In this document: piece by piece, positions 53,504 to 64,000 of the stretch
Position numbering within the stretch: the stretch's first letter is position 1
How the letters are laid out: each line of letters opens with the position of its first letter
Assembly (NCBI GenBank): GCA_951406725.2
Contig: OX597821.1
Coordinates: forward strand, 27,466,001-27,530,000
Reading direction: 5' to 3'
Source: Octopus vulgaris
Taxonomy: Eukaryota
DNA length: 64,000 nt
The notes under the pieces: model-generated
Told to the model about the DNA's origin: nothing
What the model saw: the letters and a program-made list of their open reading frames with translations, nothing else
Database searches by the model: none
Made by a program: the position numbers and the translations under genes

Positions 53504-53887
53504 TGTATGTATGTGTATATATAGATGTATATATATGAATGTGTATATGTGTGTGTGAAGGCCCGTGGCTTAATGGCTAGGGTATTCAACTACAATCATA
53601 AAGTCGTGAGTTCCATTCCTGGTGAGGAGTTGTGTCCTTCAGCATCACATTTTATTTCAGGTTGCTCCAGTGAATTCAGCTGGGAAGAATGAGTAGTACC
53701 TGTATTTTAAAAAGGACAGGCTTTGTCACATTCTGTGTCACGCTGAGAACTACGTTAAGAGTACGCGTGTCTGTGGAGTGCTCGGCCACTTGCTCAGTTT
53801 CACGGGCAAGTTGTTCCGTTGATCGCATCAGTTGGAACCCGCGCCGTCGTGACCGACGGAGTTCCAGTCTATATGTATGTGTATGTA

Positions 53888-53957
<70 letters not shown>

Positions 53958-54311
53958 ACATGATCACGTGACCGACCAGACCATCAGATGTTGTTACACA
54001 TCGCTGGTCACAATGCGTTCGCATTGTTTTAGCCTTCGAATGACGCCACCCCGCTGGCCAAGCGAGCAGGCCAATATATATAGAAGGCGGCGAACTGGCA
54101 GAAACGTTAGCTCGCCGGGCGAAATGCGAAGCCGTATTTCGTCTGCCGCTACGTTGTGAGTTCATATTCCGCCGAGGTGGACTTTGCCTTTCATCCTTTC
54201 GGGGTCAATAAATTAAGTACCAGTTACGCACTGGAATCAATGTAATCGACTAAATCCCTTTGTCTGTCCTTGTTTGTCCCCTCTGTGTTCAGACCCTTGT
54301 GGGTAGTAAAG

Positions 54312-54384
<73 letters not shown>

Positions 54385-54396
54385 TGTATGTATGTA

Positions 54397-54830
54397 TATT
54401 GTTCATCCCAGAAATAGTGCGGTATTTCCAATTGCATAAACTAAGCGTCGGAGGGTGACGGGATGAACTACCTGCATCAACTAGCTATAAAAACAGGTAG
54501 CAATTTTACCTTGTACTTATTCCTGGTACAAAGGATCATATTTGGCATATTTCGCTTTATAAGTTCCATAAAAGCAACAAAGCAACGGAAAGTGCGAGGA
54601 ATATTAATGCAATATATGGGGACTGACATTAAGCATAATCTAGTGTCAACGGTGGCTCCAGAAATTCTGAGTCGGAAACTACAGCTTAGAAGATGAGCCT
54701 CGTCCCGCAAGATCTGTAGAAGGTGTTGGAACAAATCCCAGCGTAGCTATTAAGGAACTAGCAGTGTAGCCTGGGTTTGGTCATTCAATCATTTATTGTG
54801 ACTCAGAATATTGGTCAGTTCAAAAAAAAA
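54397..54830 (+). mobile_element. Mariner 5' relic (HTH region)
   Basis: DHIWHISLYKFHKSNKATESARNINAIYG...CQRWLQKF*VGNYSLEDEPRPARS matches the mariner N-terminal HTH and LEDxPRxGRP region. Confidence 0.8.
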
Positions 54831-55220
54831 CACAAAAAACACACAATCACACAACACACAACACACACACAAAAAAACACACAAAAAAACACACAAAAAA
54901 AAAAAACAAAACAAACACAAAATCGAAATAAATATGAATTCCGTAGTGAATGTCATAACAGTACTGCAGGAGTAGTTTTCGTCATAGACAAGTGAATTTT
55001 GGAAGAAAAGATTCTTGCAAATCTAGGAGAAAGACGGAAGATCATCGTAAGAATTGAATGATTGATGGAGAGTATATACTTGTCATAATTTTGAAAAGTA
55101 AAGGAAGTATAATAAAACTGCGTTATTTATGGGATAACGCAATAGATGTATATGTGCGTGTGCGTGTGTGTGTATACTTGAAATTCACAGAAAAATAAAA
55201 GACGAAGACAGGTGTATATA

Positions 55221-56588
55221 CTGGCTGTGTGGTAAGTAGCTTGCTTATCACCACATGGTTCTGGGTCTAGTCCCACTGCGTGACATCTTGGGCAAGTGTC
55301 TTCTACAGTAGCTCCGGGCCGGCCAAAGCCCTGTAAGTGGATTTGGTAGACAGAAACTTAATTCAGCTATCGTATATATATATATATATATATATATATA
55401 CAAAATGGGACAAGAACGCAAAACATCCAGACAGGTGATACAAGAAAGGGATAACAAAATATCCAGATAGACGATACAAAGAAAACAAGGATGGGTCATC
55501 CGGAGTTTTCTTTCCTCAGTGGAGTACCAGATTATCTTTGCAATTTCGGCAGGCTTTACTCGAGATTGCTCTAAACTGTCTAGCCCCAAGGAAAAAAACG
55601 GAGATGGTTACACAAATACAAATAACAGGACATAACAACAGGTTGGAAGTAAAGCCTTACGACAGGGACACAATGTTTCACAGGCACAGGGAAGACTGGA
55701 GATGTTGCACGGACAGCGGCCGAACTAAGAAAGGCAGGTCAGGCTTGGCCGAACACCTATCACATGGGGAGAGGAGAGAGCTATGTAGAGGGATTGGGGC
55801 AGAAGAGGGGCAAGAAAAAATGACAGGGACATAGTGAAATTAAAAGAGGAGGGGAAAATGAGCAAGAAGAGAAGACATTGGAATGTGAGAGAGGAGGAAC
55901 GAAAGAACGCAGGATGGAATGAACGAATAAGCGTGAAAGGGCTGATAGAAAGATAGAAGGAATAAAAGAATTGAGTTGGGGATGGACGAAGTAAGCGTGA
56001 AAGGGCTGATAGAAAGATAGAAGGAATAAAAGTATTGAGCTGTGGAATGAACGAAGTAAGCATGAAAGGGCTGACAGAAAAAAGGAAAGAATGATAGAAT
56101 AAAAGAATAGAGTCGTACAAGATTTAGATAAATATATACTTACATATAAGAGACTAAAGTGTACGTCCGCCGCTATATATACATAGAACAAATACAAAAT
56201 GGGACAAGATCGCAAAAGATCGAGACAGTTAGGTGACACAAAAAAGGGATAACAAAACATCCATATAAACGATACAAAGAATACAAGGACGGGTCATTCG
56301 GAGTTTTTTTTTTATCACTCGAGTTCCAGATTATCTTTGCAATTTCGGCTGGTTAAACATATAGTATATACATATGTGTATATGCATGTGTGTGTACGCT
56401 TATGCGTCTGTTTGTGTGTCTGTGTTTCTTCCTCCACACATCGCTTGACAACCGATGCCGGTATGATTACGTGCCCATATTTAAGCGGTTCGGTAAAAAG
56501 GATGAATTGAATAAGTACTAGGCTTACAAAGAATAAGTTCCGGGGTCGATTTCAGCATGGCCGCAGTCAAATGACTAAAACAGATAAA

Positions 56589-56592
<4 letters not shown>
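55221..56592 (+). mobile_element. SINE family A split by a nested insertion
   Basis: Head at ~55221-55360 and tail at ~56400-56592, separated at the internal microsatellite by a ~1-kb insert. Confidence 0.75.
55398..56356. mobile_element. Unclassified element with ~155-bp terminal direct repeats and an internal ~64-bp minisatellite
   Basis: ATACAAAATGGGACAAG...TTTGCAATTTCGGC at ~55398-55550 and ~56192-56349; about 3 copies of AAGCGTGAAAGGGCTGATAGAAAG... at 55915-56105; related stub at ~2335-2372. Confidence 0.6.
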
Positions 56593-56633
<41 letters not shown>

Positions 56634-57604
56634 TATATGTATATACATATACATATGTGTGTGTGTGTGTATATATGTATGTGTGCTTGTGTAGGTATGT
56701 ATGTAACAATTTTCCTCATCTAATGAATAGATATCTACATGCTTTTTTATTAAACGGGGCCCGAGGTAAACCTTACTGATTGCATGACTAACGTCAATAG
56801 GTCAGGGTAAACTAATATTCAATACTGAAATAGAAACCATTGCCTGATTACAATTTTGAAAAAAACGTTTCTACAGAATTATATTGTTGAAACACCATTA
56901 TTGGTGAATCACTTTATAAAACATTTCAGAATCCGTTCAGTAAATCTGCTTTAAAATTAACTAAACTTGATAGAGGTCATTTGTATTCAATATATGAATA
57001 ATGCAGCATTTGGATCAATGTAAGCATTGCATGCTTAATAAAAACTTAGCATAAAATCTTAAATGTGACTAATTATACAAACTGAATGTCCCTGTAGCGT
57101 ATCTTTGGATCTCACTAATGCTTAAATGTTGTCTAATGCTACTGTGTAGTGGTTTTATGTAACAGCGATTATCGAATGCAATCTATTGAAACATGATGAT
57201 CCTGATAACAGTATATTCGTACATACATGTAAAAGCACTCTATTTTAAAGGATATGTTAACTTTTTGATACTTCCAAGATATTGCCGATCCATATCGTGC
57301 TTAAGCCTTACAGCTATTTATTCGCACATCCATTAATTGCTTAATGATATGTTGAGCTTCTTGATGAGATCTCGAGTTAAATTATTAACATTATTTTTTC
57401 CTATTCTTTCTGAAGATTTCAATATAAAGGGGGAACAGTTTCGGAGATTCATTAACACTAATGCAAGTAATGCATTAAAAGTCCTTCTACTGATTCATAA
57501 ATCAAACCTATTACTGATTTCCTTTCGAGATGATTAATAAATTAATGAATGCTTAATTTGAGCGGAATTGATTAGAAATTATCCAGGAATATAGAAAGAA
57601 TGGA

Positions 57605-57965
57605 ATTATCATCATCACCCCAGCAGCACCACCAACACCCCCCAGCGCTACTAGAAGCTGCAATTCTACCATCATCACCACCACCACAACAACAACAACA
57701 GCAACAACAACAACACCATCATCTTCATCATCATCATAATCATCATTGTCATCTTCATCATCAACATTATCATTGTCGTTGTCGTCGTTGTTTTTGTTTT
57801 TGTTGTTGCTGCTGCTGTTGCTTTTGTTGTTGTTGTTCTTCTCCTTCATATCCCTTCTTCTCTCCCTGCTCCTCCAGCTCCTCCTCCTCTTCTTCTTCTT
57901 CTTCTTCTTCTTCTTCTTCCTTTTGTTATTATTATTATTATTATTATTATCATTATCATCATCAC
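57605..57965. repeat. Complex trinucleotide array (CAC, CAA, CAT, GTT, CTT, ATT)
   Basis: Directly visible. Confidence 0.9.
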
Positions 57966-59172
57966 CTTTAACAAAATCAACAAAACAACAACAACAATAA
58001 AAATATTAAAACTGTTATCGCTTGCGGTAGTAGTAGTAGCAGTAGTAGTGATTTTTGTGAGTGGATTTAACTGAAATTTCCTATCAACTGATAGCAGGTA
58101 ATCAGTAAATAAATGTTTATCAAATTCTGAACACTTTAGGGTTGCCGAGGTCGAGGTTTGTGTCTCATTAATGGAATCGAACTTGATTCCGTATAATAGC
58201 CATCACTGACAGCGCGTTGATGGCTAAAATGAAATGTGGAGTTATTAATTTCCCGTTCTAGTATCTAATAACCGTTATTCAATGATTGACATATGAAAAG
58301 ATGCAGCACTTCACACATCTTCAAACCACCATAACTCTATTTTCCTTTCTCCGTCTCCCTGTCCCTTTCTTTCGTTTATATATTTCCCGCCATATTAATA
58401 ACTCAAACTCTTTCAGTTCAACATTGCATTATCACACTAATCATTTCTGAAATTCTTCTCCTATTTATCTTTTACTACACATTTTCTCTATCTTGACTTG
58501 CCTTCCATAGAATATGCTGTATCGCGTTAAGTTTGAAACGACTCCATTCAAAACATTTTGTGGAAACATCTTTTCAGCGGGAAAGTGGCCACTACAAGGT
58601 CAGCTTTGAAACTTTATTGCGATACAGTTATTTCTTTTCTATAATTTCCTTCTCTGCACGCTATCTTTAATTTCCCATGTTTATATAGGATACATGTCTA
58701 AGGACAGACATATTTAATATAACATATATTAGATTGGGCGTTGGCTGTCTATCAATTGAAAGGTCAACTGTTGCTATCATTCCTTCAATGATATGAATTG
58801 CACCTAGAAAATATATATTAGGATTATTTCAGTCAAGTGCGTTGGAGAAGTACAATTTACAAAGTAGATTTCTCAGTAAAGGTATATTCTTTAACTGGGA
58901 AATAAGTTAATAGACTGTTGTTGCTATAAAATATTTGTCTGAATATCACTTGTTATACATAATGTAGATGGTGTATTTGAAAATACTTCAGAAATTTTAC
59001 GGATTCTTTATATATCACAATTATATATGACGGCTGGGCATGTTCGAGAATAGTAGTTGTTATCTTTTGTCATAAATGTTATTTGACGCAGTAATGTTGT
59101 GAAATTCGCTGGTACAATTATAATTTAAATTTACAAATATAATATAATATGATATAATATAATATAATATTA

Positions 59173-59231
<59 letters not shown>

Positions 59232-59286
59232 AAAGAAAATTTGAAAATGCAATTCTAAAAGATGTTTATTCACTTGACCGGTTTCA

Positions 59287-59323
<37 letters not shown>

Positions 59324-59891
59324 TTTTACAGTGCTTTAAAGAGCATGATAGAATGTATTTTCAGAAACAAACGTCTGACGTATAAGAGAGAAATTAACGT
59401 ATACTAAATTGAACAGTTCTCATTTACTGAAGAAACCATGCCGTAACAAATTAGAAACGGATAGGAAATGATACGAATAGTTGTCTCTTTCTTTCAGACA
59501 AAGGTCAGATTATGCTTTCGCTAAAATATATATTATATATCAAAGATTAATCACTGGCTTTTCAGTGATCATCCCCGCTTTCTCTTTGATAATCATTAAC
59601 AGTTACCCTTTAGCTTTAGTCTTCTAATGTAATGTAAGACGAAACGTACAATTAATAAAATATAAAAATAACTGACTACGTTATTAAGGATATCTGCAAT
59701 GTAGCTTTTGTTAAAGATTACAGTTAATTGCTAATCATGTCTTGAACGACGAATTCGTAATTTCAATAACTATACTGCATAAGAAACTATATTAATTATT
59801 ACTATTGGTACAGAAATATGGAATTAGAAAGACAAGTGAATGAATTAGGTAAATCGTGAAGAATCATACTATGCGAAACCACTGATAATAA

Positions 59892-59963
<72 letters not shown>

Positions 59964-60016
59964 GTTTAAATATTTGTTTTGCAAGATTTTTTATGTGAAG
60001 TCGTGTGTTGAAAAAG

Positions 60017-60253
60017 ATATTGTCATATTTCGAATGGTCATTTTGCCAGTTTAGCCAATAAAAACACACGCACTATATATTTGGTGTTATTTTGCTTCAG
60101 TGTTATTTACATTATTTTTACATTAATCTTAATCTTAAGATTAAGATTAATGTAAAAAATGCATAACACTGAAGCAAAATAACACCAAATATATAGTGCG
60201 TGTGTTTTTATTGGCTAAACTGGCAAAATGACCATTCCGAAATATAACAATAT
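60017..60253. repeat. ~237-bp near-perfect palindrome with no spacer
   Basis: Centre AATCTT|AAGATT at 60136/60137. The arms match apart from one internal indel block and a few substitutions; (TA)n lies nearby on both sides. Confidence 0.93.
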
Positions 60254-60533
60254 ATATATATATATATATATATAATCAAAATAAGCAACAAGGATATCCA
60301 AGGTAGAGTAGTACAATTGTTTCATGCTACTTCATTTTACTAAACCCTGTAAGTATTACGTCAGTTTTAAAATGTCGAGCAATCTTCAGCCACATGTAGA
60401 ATTTTTCAATTAAACGGACAATGCACATTGTTATTCTTGTTTCATTTGCCAACATTACAAAGAGGGTAGATATATAGACAGAGAGGTTAATTTCATCATT
60501 AAGAACATGATGGTAGTATGTTCATTCTCCGTA

Positions 60534-60600
<67 letters not shown>

Positions 60601-61639
60601 ATATACTAAATATAAATTGTTTTACTTAATCTGATTCTGATACTCTTATAGAATTTACTGACATTTCCCAGCAGGCATATACAACGCATAGAATGTAGAT
60701 ATCTATCCACATATGTGTGTTGATACTGATACACAAGTTTACATCTGTGCTTTACCTCCAGACATGATGCATTAATTGGAATTGCATCACTAACCAGCAT
60801 GCTCGAATTCCTGACCTACAGCCACTCTGTATCGTCTCTATTTTTTTTTTCCTATTTTCTGTCCCTACACCAATGCTCCCTATTCTGTGGAACACCGGGA
60901 ATCCACTCATTCATCCCCTACGCAACTCTTCCCTTTTGTATCCACCTATGTTTTTATCCACCGCCTTCGATCTCACAATGGTCACTGTTCTCGGAACTTT
61001 CTCCCTACCACCAACCTTCTCTCTGCCCATATCTTTCCCCTTTATCTTGACCTGCAACAGTTGTAAAAGAACATCAACATACTCAATTTCTCCGTTTCAT
61101 TGAGCTCACTAGATGCGATGCATTCCCTCTTCTTCCATATTCACCAAATAAGAAGAAAAATAAAGCGGCGAATAAGGGAAAACAGTAAACGTACCAACAT
61201 GAAGAACAATTCATACCTAACATAGATTACAATTAGTAGGTTAGTTATACATTTACAACACTAGGTTTTCAGACATCTGTTTTGTGCTTGTTACATTAAA
61301 TTATACATATTGTTTGTAGTATTCTAGATTACTTTTACTTAGCGGAATCGAGAACGTAGGCAAATTTGAAAGCACTAGCAGTGTTAAATTTACTCGGATT
61401 TATAATTGCAACATTATTGAGATTTCCTTAATTACTTCGTGCATATTATCGACAAGAGTTATCATACTATATTCAATGGAAACCGGTGGGTCAATGAGAA
61501 TCCAGCTGTTCAATCAAGTGATTTCCCCATTCTTGAATTGACTATTCCATAAACACAGATACTCTTAATTTAATACTCATCAAGAATGAGCATGACGCAG
61601 TTTTTCAAAGATGTACCCTTTCGAATCACAAGTGGAAAC

Positions 61640-61800
61640 AACCACACAGGCTTCTGTATAGTTTCCCTCAACCCAAGTTACTTAACAAGTTACGGGTTGA
61701 GCGGAAGCTGTAAAAAATAAATAGCATTCTACCCAGACTGCAGTAGGATCGGACTTGTAAGCACTTGGCTACGAAAAGAAAATCTTACGCAATCCACCAT
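61640..61800 (-). mobile_element. Very old SINE family A-like fragment
   Basis: CAGGCTTCT..ATAGTTTCC...CAAG resembles the reverse complement of the family A body. Confidence 0.4.
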
Positions 61801-63429
61801 GATGCACACAATACAGATTAGAGCATCTAAACGAGAAATAAATGCAAATTCTATGGCATATGTTGAGTAGATAACCTTTATGGACATGCAAAACATAGAA
61901 GCTCAATGTGCCTGTCTTCTCAATAGTAAAGTAACTGCTTCATAAATGGTAGAAGGAAAGAGTTTATACGAGATGTTAATGAAATTATTGCCATAAGAAA
62001 AATGGCATTTTGGCCTGGCAGTAATTCCATCGCTTGTATTAAAGTGACATTGATAAATAGACACATTCATTCCTTGTGTGAATTCAAAGAGGATGTTTTG
62101 CGCTTTATTTGAGAAATTCATATATAAATATAGTTCATAGAATTTCGTGTTTCAACTGATGTGTCACTCATCGATTGTATATTCTCTTGATTGATTGCAA
62201 TAACTCTATTGCAGATATGAATGCTTAAATTACGCCGATCACCTGAAGAGTATGACAATTGTTTCATGTAATTTCCCTCTACATTTGTTAGTCAATATAC
62301 AACTCTAGTGTACCTATCTTGACACTCAAACAGTGGATGAAATTGTATTATTTGAAAGTGCATTATTTTAATGGGAGGAAACGGAATTGATTTGTAATTC
62401 GCATTCTGTTAATGTTAGCGCAGCCCGTGTGCACGCGCGCTACAGAAATATGCAAGTTCACGCTAGCTAAAGAGTTCAGAACTGTTTAAATTATATTTAA
62501 CCTATGTTGTTAACATCTTTGCGAAATACATTTATATGTGGACAGAAATGGAGATAGAATACTCAACAGATTGACAAATACGACAGAAGAACGGATTAAC
62601 AATTTAGTGCATTCAGATTGAGACTGCGAGCATCTGTCATTATTTTTCTTTTGATCGGTAACTAATACTCAGGAAAAAAATTATCGGCGCTTATATATTC
62701 GAAAACTATATTTTAAAGTATATAAATATATTAATTTATTCGAAACAACGTTGTAGAATTTACAGTCGTATAATGATGAGCAAGAATTTAAAATAATAAT
62801 ACAATTTAGTACAATATTGCTATCAGAAGTTAAGTTTCTTAATTTTCTATGTATAATTAATGCACTGTTAATGCATTCTCATGTTTCACTTTTTCCAAAT
62901 TTAAGTGTTATTGGATATATTTACAGTGAAAAAAAAACGAACAATTAAAATTTGAAGAAATTTTATTTAGAAAATTTGAGTTAGAAAATCACATTTCATC
63001 TGAATCGTTTATTGTCTCATTGAAACACTCTCGATAAAATAAACTGATTATTATTAAAACACACTGATTATGTTTATTGTACTATGTTTAATCAACATAT
63101 ATGTTCTCTAGTATATATAGAAAATAAACCCGAATTATTCACCATTAATATTCTAAAACTATTTATATCGTTGTTAGAAACATGATTAGTATTTTTTGCA
63201 GAATTGTCTGAACATGTTTATCGAGATAGTAAATAGCTCTGATACACTTATTAGACTATTTTCTTTAGTCATTGCACGGTGATAACCATAAACGTTAAGC
63301 TTATATAAGTACCGTTATTATTATTTACAGGATTGGAAACTCGGCGGCGTATAAACAAACCATTCGCACTCAAAGCATATAGAAAGTTTGTTTATATAAA
63401 ATAAACACGAACATTCATACACATCAATA

Positions 63430-64000
63430 GACAGAATTAATTGATGTGAATGAATCTTCAGTTCCTCAAAGCTGAGGCAACAAATCTACGTTCAGCTTGT
63501 CTATAGAATTATTCGTTGGTGTCAGAATTATTCTTTCCCATAGTCACTTGTAACTTTTGTAGTTTGTGGCAATGTTTGCAAATACCTTACTTTTCATTTC
63601 TTCAAGAGTGGCAGTCATATTGCTACATGGGAGGTGGTGCGAACTATTTTCTGAATCCTGTGGGAGTTTTCTATTTCCAATGTGAAATAACTTCTTTGAG
63701 AACTCTGCAACGAATGGTTCACCACGAAAGGGAACCCTTCTGTTATTTGTTAGCGTAAGCTGTTTGATATGTTGCTAGATATATGAGGACTTGAAGCAAG
63801 CTCTCAGATCATCTGCCGTTGATCCTCAGGGAATAAGTCACCAACCATGAGGAGAGTGACATCACGCATGATCTTTTTCTTTCTGAAGACTTCAAAGGTT
63901 GCCTTGTGGGACATTGATGCCTCATCCCAGACAATGCATTTGGCCTGTGTAAGGATGTTTGTTAATGTTCTTTATTTGATACGTTGTATAATGGAGATTC
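63430..64000 (-). mobile_element. Helitron Rep/Hel PIF1-like helicase relic (continues beyond the window)
   Basis: Minus strand gives AKCIVWDEASMSHKATFE, DVTLLMVGDL, TADDLRACFKSSYI and KVFANIATNY...WERIILTPTNNSIDKLN (PIF1 motifs DEAxM, GDFRQ, ERAILAPTN); stops and deletions. Confidence 0.85.

Larger units (their letters stand above)
50844..54381 (+). repeat. Tandem duplication of a ~1.78-kb unit (50844-52628 and 52629-~54381)
   Basis: Both units start ATTTGTGTAGAATTATCTGTGAAGG and carry the same SINE A, B, C series. They differ by a few substitutions, a 2-bp indel and microsatellite structure. Confidence 0.95.

Noticed and set aside
55915-56105. Regularly spaced repeats superficially like a CRISPR array
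   Set aside because: The intervening segments are themselves similar, so this is a ~64-bp minisatellite; the context is eukaryotic and no cas genes are present.
57553-58000. Poly-Q/H/C/S ORF resembling a low-complexity transcription factor
   Set aside because: It is entirely a chain of trinucleotide repeats open in several frames, with no flanking domain or splice evidence.

Overview
This is AT-rich eukaryotic DNA saturated with microsatellites. The SINE and LINE families look like those of an octopus or other coleoid cephalopod; that assignment is an inference from recognised repeats, not a database result. I find no intact protein-coding gene. Most entries in the ORF track are translations of (TA)n, (CA)n or (AAT)n tracts. 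The window is a layered transposon graveyard: tRNA-derived SINEs of three families, R4/Dong-like RLE LINE fragments stacked in (AAT)n tracts, L1/Tx1 fragments, several mariner/Tc1 relics and MITEs, a complete non-autonomous Helitron, a Helitron PIF1-helicase relic, a probable solo LTR and Penelope-like relics. The only host-gene sequence is an uninterrupted, disabled DHDH-like (Gfo/Idh/MocA) pseudogene at about 27.2-28.1 kb. The strongest unusual signal is a non-coding ~800-bp element at 49.6-50.4 kb, bounded by (TA)n, carrying two inverted type I hammerhead ribozyme motifs. One has an intact core, a palindromic stem III and an unusually long stem II, and decayed hammerhead-like motifs occur elsewhere in the window. 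Also notable are a MITE with internal telomeric repeats and a 6-bp TSD, a ~550-bp non-coding element nested in (AAT)n, several fold-back palindromes and a near-identical 1.8-kb tandem duplication. Coordinates were read by eye; the ends of degenerate elements are approximate.
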